64,000 bases of DNA. Source: Desulfomonilia bacterium. Its GTDB lineage: Bacteria > Desulfobacterota > Desulfomonilia > UBA1062. A program made the translations under genes and the position numbers. This document shows positions 28,389 to 39,940 of this stretch, piece after piece. The stretch lies in assembly GCA_050014195.1 (NCBI GenBank), contig JBEKDT010000001.1, forward strand, positions 160,001-224,000, read 5' to 3'. The notes beneath the pieces were generated by a model. The model worked only from the letters and a program-made list of their open reading frames with translations. It ran no database searches and was not told where the DNA came from. Every line of letters starts with the position of its first letter. Position 1 is the stretch's first letter.

Positions 28389-31300
28389 TGGAGTTCCACC
28401 CCCTTTGGCCCCACGATCTCGGAAAGTCTTTGGAGAAAATCCCTCACCGGGGAGACCATGTAATCCTTGCCCGCATCAATATTCACATACGCACCATCGG
28501 TCTCCACCTCAAAACAGATCAAGCACGGACCTTTGCTGGAGATGATCGTCTCTTTGAGGGTTCTTAAGGCCTCACTCCTCAAGGTGTAAGGTACTCGCAC
28601 AATCACACGTTTTGCCAGCACCATATCGGCCCCGTCCAGCGGCATAACCTCTTCGGCGACAAGGTCGAGGGTATGAACGTCGGATTCCGCTCCTCCGTTC
28701 TCCTCTTCACGGTTGATCCTTGCCTTGATGATTACGGGCTCATCCGAGGCGATAAGGGATTGAAACTTGGCGTAACACTGGGGGAAGAAAAGGACCTGGA
28801 CGGAGCCTTCAAGGTCTTCCAGCACTCCTCTTGCCATGGCCTCGCCTTTCTTGGTCCTCGAAACATTCAAAGCGCTTAAGACCCCGGCTAGAAAGACCTG
28901 CGGGGGTGCGTCCTTGAGGCTCAAGGTTGTGGCCGTGGCATACTTGTCGATGAGATCCGCATACTTGTTCAGCGGATGGCCGGAAAGGTAGAATCCCATC
29001 CCATCCTTCTCCATCTTGAGCTTCTCAGCCTCAGGCCAGTCAGGGATGTCGTGCAATACAAGGGGTTTGCTGATATCTTCGGTTGCGAATTCCTCAAGGC
29101 TGAACAAACTGCCCTGGGCATCTTGCTTGTTGCGGGCTAACCGTTGAGCCTGGTCCAGCAGTACATCGAGCATCTCGGACATGGCCCTGCGGTTTTTGTG
29201 CATCTTGTCGAATGAACCGGCCTTGATGAGTGACTCAACCACGCGTCTGTTCACCTTGGACAGTGCGATCCTGTTAAGGAACGATGCAATGTCCTTAAAA
29301 GCCCCCCCTGAGATACGCTCGGCAAGGATCGCCTCCACTGCACCCTTGCCCACGTTCTTTATGGCCCCCAGGCCGAAGCGGATGCCGTCTTTTGTGACCA
29401 CGAACTCGAAGCTGCTCTCGTTGATATCGGGAGGCAATACGGCTACATTGCGCTTCCTGCATTCGGCAATGTGCTGTGAGACCTTGTCCGTGTTGTTCAG
29501 GTCCAGCGTCAGGTTTGCAGCCATAAATTCCTTGAAGTGGTGCGCCTTCAGGTAGGCGGTCTGGTAGGCCACCAGAGCATATGCGGCTGCATGTGACTTA
29601 TTGAACCCATAATCGGCAAACTTCTCCATGAGGTCGAAGATCTCGCCGGCCTTTTCCTTATCCACACCCCTTTCCACCGACCCGTCCATGAAGATCTGGC
29701 GCTGCTTTGCCATCTCTTCGCGTATCTTCTTGCCCATGGCACGCCTTAACAGGTCGGCCTTGCCCAGGGTGTAACCGGCCATCTCCTGTGCGATCTGCAT
29801 GACCTGCTCCTGGTAGACGATGATGCCATAGGTCTCCTTGAGGATCCTTTCCAGCAAAGGATGGGGAAAGTCGATGGCCTGCCTTTCGTGTCTGCGGTCG
29901 ACATAGGAGGGGATGAGGTCCATGGGTCCGGGCCTGTAAAGGGCCACTGCTGCGATGATATCCTCGAACTTGTCAGGCTTGAGCTGTCTGAGCATGCCCT
30001 TCATCCCGGAGCTTTCAAGCTGGAATACGCTGGAGGTATCGCCGTCTCCGATGAGCTGGTAGGTAAGTTTGTCATCCAGGGGTAGTCCTGAGATGTCAAG
30101 GTCAATACCCTCTGAGCGCAGCATCTCAACTGTCTTGGCGATGACCGTGAGCGTCTTCAAGCCCAGCATATCAAACTTGATGAGCCCGACCCGCTCGATG
30201 CGCTTCATGTCGTACTGGCTGATGAGCATGCCCTTCTTGTCGACATATACCGGTACGTGGTCGGTAAGCGGCCTGTCATCCGATATGATGACACCACCCG
30301 CATGCACCGAGGCGTGCCTGCTCAAGCCTTCCAGGGCCTTGGCTATTTCAATGAGCTGATTCACCGAAGGGTCGGTCTCCACGAGCTCCTTCAGGCGCGG
30401 TTCGGCCATTACGGCCTGATCGAGGGTGATATTCAGGTCGTTCGGGATGAGCTTGGCGATCTTGTCGACCTCTGCATAGCCCATTCCCATGGCCCTGCCC
30501 ACATCCCTGATGACAGCCTTTGCCTTCATGTTGCCGAATGTTGTGATCTGGCTCACGAACTCGGCTCCATACCGGTTCTTGACGTATTCGATCACCTCAT
30601 CTCTTCGGTTCTGGCAGAAATCCACATCGATATCGGGCATGCTCCTGCGCTCAGGGTTTAAGAACCGCTCGAATAGAAGGTTCCACCTTATGGGGTCGAT
30701 GTCGGTTATCTTCAGACTGTAGGCCACCAAAGACCCGGCAGCACTTCCTCGGCCGGGGCCTACGGGGATGTCGTGCCCCTTGGCATACTGGATATAATCA
30801 GCAACGATTAAGAAGTAGCCCGCAAACCCCATGGACTTTATGATCTCAAGCTCTTCTGAGAGCCTCCTTGCATAGTCCTCGGGGATATCGTCCCCCATCC
30901 TAGCCTTCAGTCCCTCCCAGGATTTATCCTCGATGACCTGCTCCAGGCTCTTGCCTGTGCCGACGGGATAAACCGGAAAACAATAGACATCTTTGGGGAT
31001 CTCCACATTGCAGAGCCCGGCGATATCGGAGGTGACACCCACTGCCTCAGGTATCCAGCCAAAGTCCCTCACCATCTCATCGGGGCTCTTGAGATAGAGC
31101 TGGTCGCTTTCAAAGGTCATCCGTCCCTTGTCATGGATGGTGTTCTGGGTCTGTATACACAGGAGCACCTCGTGGGCCTTGGCATCCCCGGACTTCAGGT
31201 AGTGGCAATCATTGGTGGCCGCCACAGGGGTTCCGGTACGTTTTCCCAAGTCCACAATAAGCGGATTCACCTTATCCTGGTCGGGCAGGGCATTGTGCTG

Positions 31301-31822
31301 GATCTCAAGATAGAAACGCCCTTCAAAGGTCTTACGATAAAAATCAAGGGCCTCGTGTGCCCTTTCCTCATTGTCCCGGAGCAGCCAGTAGGGGACCTCT
31401 CCCTGGAGACATGCGGAGAGACCGATAAGGCCCTTGCTCAGCTCCGCAAGCACCTTCCTGTCAACCCTGGGCTTGTAGTAGAAGCCCTTGGTATGGGCCA
31501 ACGAGGTGAGCTTCATGAGGTTGCGGTAGCCCTCATTATCCTTGGCAAGGAGGATGAGGTGATAATGTTTTGGCAGCCCGGGGATGACATCTCTGCTCTC
31601 CATGTCTCCCGGGCTGACGTAGATCTCGCAGCCGATAATGGGTTTTATGCCCGCTTTAATGGCCTTGTCGTAAAACTCCAAGGCCCCGTACATGACACCG
31701 TGGTCGGTAATGGCCACTGCATCCTGGCCGAACGCCTTGGTGGCCTTGATAAGGTCGTCGATACGGATGGCCCCGTCCAAAAGACTGTACTGGGTATGGC
31801 AATGGAGATGGACGAAACCCAT
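28385..31822 (-). CDS. dnaE: DNA polymerase III alpha
   Basis: FVHLHCHTQYSLLDG, GPGRGSAAGS, MPDIDVD, YGFNKSH. Confidence 0.97.
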   Translation of the reverse strand: MGFVHLHCHTQYSLLDGAIRIDDLIKATKAFGQDAVAITDHGVMYGALEFYDKAIKAGIKPIIGCEIYVSPGDMESRDVIPGLPKHYHLILLAKDNEGYRNLMKLTSLAHTKGFYYKPRVDRKVLAELSKGLIGLSACLQGEVPYWLLRDNEERAHEALDFYRKTFEGRFYLEIQHNALPDQDKVNPLIVDLGKRTGTPVAATNDCHYLKSGDAKAHEVLLCIQTQNTIHDKGRMTFESDQLYLKSPDEMVRDFGWIPEAVGVTSDIAGLCNVEIPKDVYCFPVYPVGTGKSLEQVIEDKSWEGLKARMGDDIPEDYARRLSEELEIIKSMGFAGYFLIVADYIQYAKGHDIPVGPGRGSAAGSLVAYSLKITDIDPIRWNLLFERFLNPERRSMPDIDVDFCQNRRDEVIEYVKNRYGAEFVSQITTFGNMKAKAVIRDVGRAMGMGYAEVDKIAKLIPNDLNITLDQAVMAEPRLKELVETDPSVNQLIEIAKALEGLSRHASVHAGGVIISDDRPLTDHVPVYVDKKGMLISQYDMKRIERVGLIKFDMLGLKTLTVIAKTVEMLRSEGIDLDISGLPLDDKLTYQLIGDGDTSSVFQLESSGMKGMLRQLKPDKFEDIIAAVALYRPGPMDLIPSYVDRRHERQAIDFPHPLLERILKETYGIIVYQEQVMQIAQEMAGYTLGKADLLRRAMGKKIREEMAKQRQIFMDGSVERGVDKEKAGEIFDLMEKFADYGFNKSHAAAYALVAYQTAYLKAHHFKEFMAANLTLDLNNTDKVSQHIAECRKRNVAVLPPDINESSFEFVVTKDGIRFGLGAIKNVGKGAVEAILAERISGGAFKDIASFLNRIALSKVNRRVVESLIKAGSFDKMHKNRRAMSEMLDVLLDQAQRLARNKQDAQGSLFSLEEFATEDISKPLVLHDIPDWPEAEKLKMEKDGMGFYLSGHPLNKYADLIDKYATATTLSLKDAPPQVFLAGVLSALNVSRTKKGEAMARGVLEDLEGSVQVLFFPQCYAKFQSLIASDEPVIIKARINREEENGGAESDVHTLDLVAEEVMPLDGADMVLAKRVIVRVPYTLRSEALRTLKETIISSKGPCLICFEVETDGAYVNIDAGKDYMVSPVRDFLQRLSEIVGPKGVELQ

Positions 31823-31830
31823 CTTAATTC

Positions 31831-33309
<1,479 letters not shown>

Positions 33310-34185
33310 TTACTGGATGCTGTAATCAAGGCGAACAGGCCGCCCCATGCCTAAGCCCTGAGTAAGATCTCCTCTCAAAGGCAACGGTATAACATTCCAC
33401 GGAAGGACCTTTTTGAGTAGTTCCCAGATTCCTTCATGCGTTTCAGGCCGGACAATGCGGGGCTCACCTACTATGTGCCCCCTTTTCTTTGCCTCATCCA
33501 CGGCATCATCAAGACCGCCGATTTTGTCAACAAGCCCTATGGCACGCGCCTGTCTGCCCGTGAACACCCTGCCGTCGGCAAGCCGGCGTACCGTCTCGAC
33601 CTTCAGTTTCCTGCCCGATGATACCGCCTCGATGAACTGCAAATGAACATCGTCCACAAGGGCTTTGAAATAGGCCTTCTCCTGTTCGGACATGGGCTTG
33701 AAGGGTGACCCGGCATCCTTCAGCGTGCCGGCCGTAATGCTGTTTGGAGTAATACCAAGCCTTTTCAGTCCCTCACTCGCATCGAAGAACTCCATGATTA
33801 CTCCGATGCTGCCGGTCATGGTGCCCGGCAGGGCATAGATGGTGTCCGCTGCGCAGGCAATGTAGTATGCACCCGATGCGCCCAGCGCACCGAAAGACGC
33901 TATAACGGGCTTTTTCTTCTTGAGCTTCAGCAATGCGCTGTAGACCTCCTGGGATGGACCTACCTTGCCGCCCGGGCTGTCAAGACGTACCACAACCGCC
34001 TTGATCTTATCGTCATCCGTGAACTGCTTGATGGCATCCAGGTAGGGCATCGAATCGGTGATAACGCCATCCACCTCGATAATACCAATGGCAGGTTTCA
34101 TGGATGTCTTGACGGCACTACCTCCCCAGGCAATTGCAACAACGGCAATCACGATTAAGAGTATCCACTTGGTTCTTCGTTTCAT
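33310..34185 (-). CDS. sppA: Signal peptide peptidase (36K type)
   Basis: DSPGG, ASGAYYIA, TGSIGV, DGRVFTG. Confidence 0.92.
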   Translation of the reverse strand: MKRRTKWILLIVIAVVAIAWGGSAVKTSMKPAIGIIEVDGVITDSMPYLDAIKQFTDDDKIKAVVVRLDSPGGKVGPSQEVYSALLKLKKKKPVIASFGALGASGAYYIACAADTIYALPGTMTGSIGVIMEFFDASEGLKRLGITPNSITAGTLKDAGSPFKPMSEQEKAYFKALVDDVHLQFIEAVSSGRKLKVETVRRLADGRVFTGRQARAIGLVDKIGGLDDAVDEAKKRGHIVGEPRIVRPETHEGIWELLKKVLPWNVIPLPLRGDLTQGLGMGRPVRLDYSIQ

Positions 34186-34365
34186 GGCGTTAGCGGTTTC
34201 GAACTCCGGGTTTAAAGCACCTAATGCGGTGAAACAATACCTGCAACAGAGTATATAGAAGAACTTTTCCGTTGTCCATATACTTGGGACACTGTGTCGG
34301 TGCTAAATACTGTAAGGGATACCCCTTGGTCCGAGGTACTCCCCTTTATCGACTTTTAATGTTGC

Positions 34366-36150
34366 CTAGCTCTTCTGCTTGGTCTCACGCAGACCTTTGA
34401 GCAGATCACCAAGGTTGGTGCCCACCTTATTATCGGATGGCTTGCTTTCCTGAACAGGTGCAGCCTTTCGGTGGTGCGCCTCATCAATGGCCTTGATGGA
34501 AAGCCCGATCTTCTTGTTCTCCGGACTGATCCTCAAGACTACTGCGTCCACCTCTTGGCCGACTTCAAGTACCTCTGCCAATGAATCGATCTTGTCACTA
34601 CTGACCTCGGAGATATGGATCATGCCCTCTATGCCCGGCTTGATCTCGACAAATGCGCCGAAATCGGTCAGAGAAGTGATCTTCCCCTTAATGATGCTGC
34701 CCACCGGATGCTCGAGAGCGATCTGATGCCATGGATCGGGCTGGAGTTGTTTAATGCCCAAAGAGAATTTTTCGTTCTCAGGGTCGATGGCCAGGACCTT
34801 GGCCTTGATCACATCGCCCTTTTTATAAAGCTCACGGGGGTTCTTCACCTTGGGGTCCCAGGTAAGGTCGGATACATGGATGAGACCGTCAACGTCAATG
34901 GTATCATCTATGCTCACAAACAGCCCGAAGTCAGTGACATTCTTCACTGTGGCATCTACGACGGTGCCTTCAGGATAAAACTCCTGGATCTGTCTCCATG
35001 GATTGGGCATGGTCTGCTTGAGTCCAAGTGAGATGCGGCGGCCAGGCTGATCCACACCCAGAACGACCACATCCACACTCTGTCCTTCATCGAGTACCGA
35101 AGACGGGTGCCTCATGCGCTTGGTCCAGAACATCTCAGAGATATGAACGAGCCCCTCGACCCCCTCTTCTACCTCTACGAATGCGCCATAATTGGTAACC
35201 GAGGTCACCTTGCCGTTGATCTTCTTACCTATGGGATACCGGTACTCCAATCCTTCCCAGGGATCTGTCGTGAGCTGTTTGAGGCCCAGCGAAATCTTTT
35301 CAGTGGCCGGATCAAATTCAAGCACCTTAACCTTAATATCCTGACCGGAAGCAACCTTTTCTTTCGGGTCCTTAAGCTTGCCCCATGACATGTCGGTGAT
35401 GTGTAGAAGGCCGTCGATGCCCCCGATATCAACAAAAGCACCATAGCTCATGATGTTCTTGACCCTGCCGGTTACCACATTACCTTTGGCCAACGTTGTG
35501 AGCAGGTGCTTTTTGTTTTCTTCTCTCTGTTTTTCCAAGACCTCCCGGTGGCTTACCACCACGTTGTTTTTCTTACGGTTGAATTTGATGATAGCCACGT
35601 CGATTGCCTGGCCGATCATCTTTTCAAGGTCGGTCTCGCTCACGGGATTGACCGTGGCCTGGGAGCTCGGCAGGAAAGCACTCAGCCCGATGTCTACGAT
35701 AAGGCCACCCTTGATCCTCTCCGTCACTTTTCCCCTGAGATATGAATTATCCTGATAGGCCTTGACGATATCATCCCAGATCTTCAGCCGTTTGGCCTTC
35801 TCCTTGGAGAGTCTTATCACACCTCTGGATGCGTTTATGCTCTCAACAAGAACCTCGACTTCCTGGCCCACGGCAGTGGTGATCTCCCCGTCATCTCCGA
35901 TAAACTCGTTTATAGGTGCCTGTCCGTCTATCTTTCTCCCGATATCGATCATGATATGGTCCGTGCCGATCTGAACTACCGTGCCCGTCACCACTGATCC
36001 GGGTGTTATACGCTTATCAAATGTCCCCTCATACAGGGCCTCAAAATTGGTGCTCTCAGCCTCATGGTTCTCCGGCTTGGTTTCTGCAAGATCCTCCTTT
36101 GTTGAATCGGTGTTCTCGTGCTCATTTTTAGTTTCGTCTACACTATACAT
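34366..36150 (-). CDS. rpsA: 30S ribosomal protein S1
   Basis: Repeated S1 domains (YGAFV..GG.DGLLHITD; ISLGLKQ). Confidence 0.95.
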   Translation of the reverse strand: MYSVDETKNEHENTDSTKEDLAETKPENHEAESTNFEALYEGTFDKRITPGSVVTGTVVQIGTDHIMIDIGRKIDGQAPINEFIGDDGEITTAVGQEVEVLVESINASRGVIRLSKEKAKRLKIWDDIVKAYQDNSYLRGKVTERIKGGLIVDIGLSAFLPSSQATVNPVSETDLEKMIGQAIDVAIIKFNRKKNNVVVSHREVLEKQREENKKHLLTTLAKGNVVTGRVKNIMSYGAFVDIGGIDGLLHITDMSWGKLKDPKEKVASGQDIKVKVLEFDPATEKISLGLKQLTTDPWEGLEYRYPIGKKINGKVTSVTNYGAFVEVEEGVEGLVHISEMFWTKRMRHPSSVLDEGQSVDVVVLGVDQPGRRISLGLKQTMPNPWRQIQEFYPEGTVVDATVKNVTDFGLFVSIDDTIDVDGLIHVSDLTWDPKVKNPRELYKKGDVIKAKVLAIDPENEKFSLGIKQLQPDPWHQIALEHPVGSIIKGKITSLTDFGAFVEIKPGIEGMIHISEVSSDKIDSLAEVLEVGQEVDAVVLRISPENKKIGLSIKAIDEAHHRKAAPVQESKPSDNKVGTNLGDLLKGLRETKQKS

Positions 36151-36412
36151 GGTTTCCTTCCCCCCATCCGTCGTTCCGTATTCCTGTTTAAGTTGCGTTC
36201 CTATACAATAGAGGCCGGTAAAACACAAGATCATAATGGGTGCTCTGAAAACCTCTCATGACAAGGATTCCCGAGATATCTAACCTCTTGATTTCGTGTC
36301 TCGATACTCCACTCATACGAAGGTTAGATCTATGGCACAGATCAGGTAAGGCACATTACCCATTTTCTAAAGATCAATTACCAAGAAGGGTTTTAAAGGA
36401 CTGGTCTCTTTT

Positions 36413-36835
36413 TTAGTCGAGAGGGTTCTTCTTTTTTAATAGGGATGGGTCTTTGAGGGCCTTTTCAAGCTCGGAAAAGATGCTGCTCTTGTCACCTTTT
36501 TTCGCCAGTGAATCCTCAATACCCTTAAGGCGGGACTCCTGTTTTGTCTTGAACTGTGAGATCTCTTCTTCCATTCTGGGAGCCTCTAAGGTCCGAGGGA
36601 GCTCCTCGAGTTTGGTGTGATCCCGTACGGAGAACCGGACCTCTCCACCGCTGATGATGACATCGATAGCCCCTATGTCTTCGAGCTTCCTGGATATGCG
36701 TGAGAGTTCCTCTTCTGAAACCTGAAGGAATTCCTTTAAACCCTTCAGCGAGGGGGGCTGATGGTGGAGGTGCTCGAACACCCTGGTAGCTGCTATGAAG
36801 AGATGCGCCTGGCTATAGATATCGCCTGGTAACAT
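36413..36835 (-). CDS. Hypothetical protein, possible winged-helix N-terminus
   Basis: Charged ORF with PPSL..L...L..SEEE...I.RKL...GAI pattern. Confidence 0.65.
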   Translation of the reverse strand: MLPGDIYSQAHLFIAATRVFEHLHHQPPSLKGLKEFLQVSEEELSRISRKLEDIGAIDVIISGGEVRFSVRDHTKLEELPRTLEAPRMEEEISQFKTKQESRLKGIEDSLAKKGDKSSIFSELEKALKDPSLLKKKNPLD

Positions 36836-36842
36836 AATGGTT

Positions 36843-36871
36843 ACTGTAATCCAAAGGCTCGTCCCATGCAA
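36843..36871 (-). promoter_or_regulatory. Sigma70-type promoter, likely leaderless transcript
   Basis: TTGCAT-N17-TACAGT-N7-ATG, no SD. Confidence 0.55.
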
Positions 36872-36958
36872 CTAACATTCAAGAATATCCTTGACTTCTC
36901 CGATACAAGAAAACAAAGATACTATGCCTGAATTGAAGAAATCAAAGGAGGACCCGCT

Positions 36959-37963
36959 TTGAAAAAATATGCACTAATTGTGATGGGCCTTTTTTTGTTT
37001 CTTGGCTTGATCAGTCCATGCCCGGCAGATGAGATAAAGCACACCGTCATAAAGGGGGACACCCTGTGGGACATCTCCATGAAATATCTGAAGACGCCGT
37101 GGAAGTGGCCCCTTGTCTGGGCAAATAACCAGGACATTACCAATCCACATCTTATTTACCCCGGGGATATTGTGATCATCACAAAAGACGGCGACAAGAC
37201 TATCATTAAGATCATCCCATCTCCTGATCGTGGCGGTAAGGAAACAAAAATGACAATCTATACCCCGGAAGAAGCTGCTGCGGTTAAAGAGAAATCTTTA
37301 TTGATTTCACCGCAGTATGCAACCTACATCTACAGCCCTAACATCCTGACCGGTTCCGGAACGATACTTAAGAAGATCGAGGGGGGAGAGCTTATCTCTC
37401 AAAACGATCACATCGTTATCAAGACGACCTCGGAGCTGAAACCGGATCAAGCGATCACCATTGTCTCTAAGATACAGGATATTACAAAAGAAGGCGAACC
37501 GGCAGGGTATCTCTATAAGGCGGTAGCCACAGCTGTAGTGGAAGACGTACAGTCTGATATTGTAAAGTCCCGCCTCATATACTCCCTTCAAGAAGCCAAG
37601 GTAGGCGATGTGATCTTCGATGACCTTGCCCCTGTCAGGCCATTGATGCTGACTATATCCCAGCCGACTTTAAATGCTCCGGCAAAGGTTATTGACTTCC
37701 ATGGCGGCACATCAGGCAGCAGCACCAACAACCTGGTCTTCCTGGATGCCGGGAAAAACCAGGGGGTGGACAAGGGATCAATCCTGAATATAACAAAGCC
37801 GACAAAGTTCGATGAGGAAGGGAAAAGGGAACAAGTGGCGATATTCCATGAATATATCGGCATGGCACTCGTGCTTCAGACCCTTGATAACAGCTCCATG
37901 GGCCTTCTGGTCGAATCCAGGGCCCAGATAGAAAAAGGGTACACGGTAACGGGCAAGAAATAA
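36959..37963 (+). CDS. Exported LysM protein (TsaP-like)
   Basis: Signal peptide; HTVIKGDTLWDIS..YL..PW.WP..W..N..I.NPHLIYPGD. Confidence 0.85.
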   Translation: MKKYALIVMGLFLFLGLISPCPADEIKHTVIKGDTLWDISMKYLKTPWKWPLVWANNQDITNPHLIYPGDIVIITKDGDKTIIKIIPSPDRGGKETKMTIYTPEEAAAVKEKSLLISPQYATYIYSPNILTGSGTILKKIEGGELISQNDHIVIKTTSELKPDQAITIVSKIQDITKEGEPAGYLYKAVATAVVEDVQSDIVKSRLIYSLQEAKVGDVIFDDLAPVRPLMLTISQPTLNAPAKVIDFHGGTSGSSTNNLVFLDAGKNQGVDKGSILNITKPTKFDEEGKREQVAIFHEYIGMALVLQTLDNSSMGLLVESRAQIEKGYTVTGKK

Positions 37964-37998
37964 CCGCCTCTGGGCTTTAAACAATACAGGAAATTTGA

Positions 37999-38301
37999 TT
38001 AAACGCTCCGGTAGGATAAAATGTTGTTGAGCCCTTTTTCGTCAGTGCTCGTAAACATGACGGCCATGCCCGAGCGGGTCTTCCAGATGACATGCCCCTG
38101 CACCCAAATGACCTTGCCGAACTCTTCGGCATCAATACTGGCGATCACATATCCGTCCACATTGGGGATGTCCCAGGTTTGGACATACATGCCGCTCTTG
38201 CTGATGTCGTAAACCTTGCCAACCTTATAAGCATGGGCATTGTCACGATAGGCGACCTTCATATTCACTCTGATACGTTTATGTGTTCTTTGATCCTGCA
38301 T
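37999..38301 (-). CDS. Single-domain PilZ protein
   Basis: QRTHKR (RxxxR) and DISKSG (DxSxxG). Confidence 0.85.
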   Translation of the reverse strand: MQDQRTHKRIRVNMKVAYRDNAHAYKVGKVYDISKSGMYVQTWDIPNVDGYVIASIDAEEFGKVIWVQGHVIWKTRSGMAVMFTSTDEKGLNNILSYRSV

Positions 38302-38504
38302 AACTTTTAAAGACCCTTCACATATAAATCATTAAATCAATTGTAGGGTTATACGATGGGAAATGTCTCGCTTTTTCGTGTTAATTAAATATCTTACACA
38401 AATCTCACGAAAAAGTCCATACCCTTTATAATCCTGGAGATGATGGCATTAAGCGCGCCAACACTACATTGACACCCCTGCCACGATACGTTATAGATCA
38501 GACC

Positions 38505-39041
38505 ATGAAAGTGCTCTATACCGCAAGCGAGATTGCTGAAAAGGTCGCTGAGCTTGGGGATAAGATCTCGTTAGCGTATCAGGGCCATGAGTTATTCATC
38601 GTAGGTATCTTAAAAGGCGGCTTCATGTTCATGTCCGATCTGGTCCGCCGGATCAATCTCCCCGTGAGAATTGAGTTTGCCAGACTATCCAGCTATGGTA
38701 ACTCCGACGGTCCCATAGGAGATGTCGCACTCATTGATGATATTCATGAACCAATTACCGGCAAGCATGTTTTAATTGTTGATGACATCATGGACACCGG
38801 ACACAGCTTACTTGCATTTAAAAAGCACCTCTTGGAAAAAGGACCGGCTTCTGTCAAGATCTGCACAATGATAGACAAGACACAGAGGAGGGAGACCTCC
38901 ATATCACCTGACTACTACGGTTTCCGTATAACCGAGGGGTTTGTAGTGGGATACGGCTTGGACTTCGCAGAGAATTACCGTACATTGCCGCAGCTGTGCG
39001 TACTCGACCCCGAAGACAGGAGGAACCTCTCATGGTCATAG
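38505..39041 (+). CDS. hpt: Hypoxanthine phosphoribosyltransferase
   Basis: GILKGG, VLIVDDIMDTG, FVVGYGLD. Confidence 0.94.
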   Translation: MKVLYTASEIAEKVAELGDKISLAYQGHELFIVGILKGGFMFMSDLVRRINLPVRIEFARLSSYGNSDGPIGDVALIDDIHEPITGKHVLIVDDIMDTGHSLLAFKKHLLEKGPASVKICTMIDKTQRRETSISPDYYGFRITEGFVVGYGLDFAENYRTLPQLCVLDPEDRRNLSWS

Positions 39042-39940
39042 TTAATTGTCCAAGCTGCCACAGCAAATTCAGGTTTTCCCAAGAAGGCCTCACACAGGGC
39101 ACGATCAAAATGCGCTGCAGTGTCTGTCAGCATGTCTTTTCATACACCATGGAATCCGAAGTCTCCCTGGAAAAGGAATTCGACATACTTTTAAGCTCAA
39201 AACCTGTAGAGGCGGCACCTGCCGTGGATGAATCCCTTTCATCACAGGAATCAGTTCTTGAAGAGGCCTCCATGGAGATTAGCGAGACGCCTCCGGAGTC
39301 AAAATCGGAAGGGTCCCAAGCTGCTACGGAATCGGTCATCCGGGAAATTGACTCTATACTTGGGACCGGCTCTGATGCAGCCGAAACAGAAGAGGAATCA
39401 GAACCCCAGGAGACTGAGAAGAAAAGCCACCTGAAAATTGCCGTCCTCATCATCTGCCTTATCGTGGCAACATGCGCCTCCTTGTGGTTACTACGCGACA
39501 AGATTCCGTTCTTTCATGGGGCCAAACAGGAGAGTCCCCAAGCTACCCTGCTGAAAGGACCATTTTTCTCCATAGATGAACATGGCCTCACCTATGAGAT
39601 GCTCACCCATGAGCAGGAGGGCAGTGTACTTGTAATCAAGGGCAACCTCAGAAAAATCACGGCTAAGCCTGTTGAATCGGTCATGGTAGAGGCCAGGGTA
39701 TATGACAAGACAGGCAAACTCATTGAATCCCGTCTCGCCTATGCGGGTATCGTACCGGATACGAGCGAATTCACCAAGCAACCACAGAAGGATATCGATG
39801 CCCTTCTGACCTCTGATCCCGCATCCCCGGGTTCAACGCTTCCCTCCAGCGACATCCCGTTCGCCGTAGCCTTCTTTGGGAAGCCAGCTCAAGAAGTGTC
39901 ATCATTCCAGGTAGAAGTGAAGGATATTCGTTGGAAATAA
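39032..39940 (+). CDS. MJ0042-type zinc-ribbon, TM, DUF3426-like protein
   Basis: CPSC...RCSVC, acidic linker, single TM. Confidence 0.8.
   Translation: MVIVNCPSCHSKFRFSQEGLTQGTIKMRCSVCQHVFSYTMESEVSLEKEFDILLSSKPVEAAPAVDESLSSQESVLEEASMEISETPPESKSEGSQAATESVIREIDSILGTGSDAAETEEESEPQETEKKSHLKIAVLIICLIVATCASLWLLRDKIPFFHGAKQESPQATLLKGPFFSIDEHGLTYEMLTHEQEGSVLVIKGNLRKITAKPVESVMVEARVYDKTGKLIESRLAYAGIVPDTSEFTKQPQKDIDALLTSDPASPGSTLPSSDIPFAVAFFGKPAQEVSSFQVEVKDIRWK

Noticed and set aside
36278-36329. Solitary attC (ATCTAAC...GTTAGAT)
   Set aside because: Only 52 bp, no matching L boxes and no cassette gene; better explained as an rpsA leader hairpin
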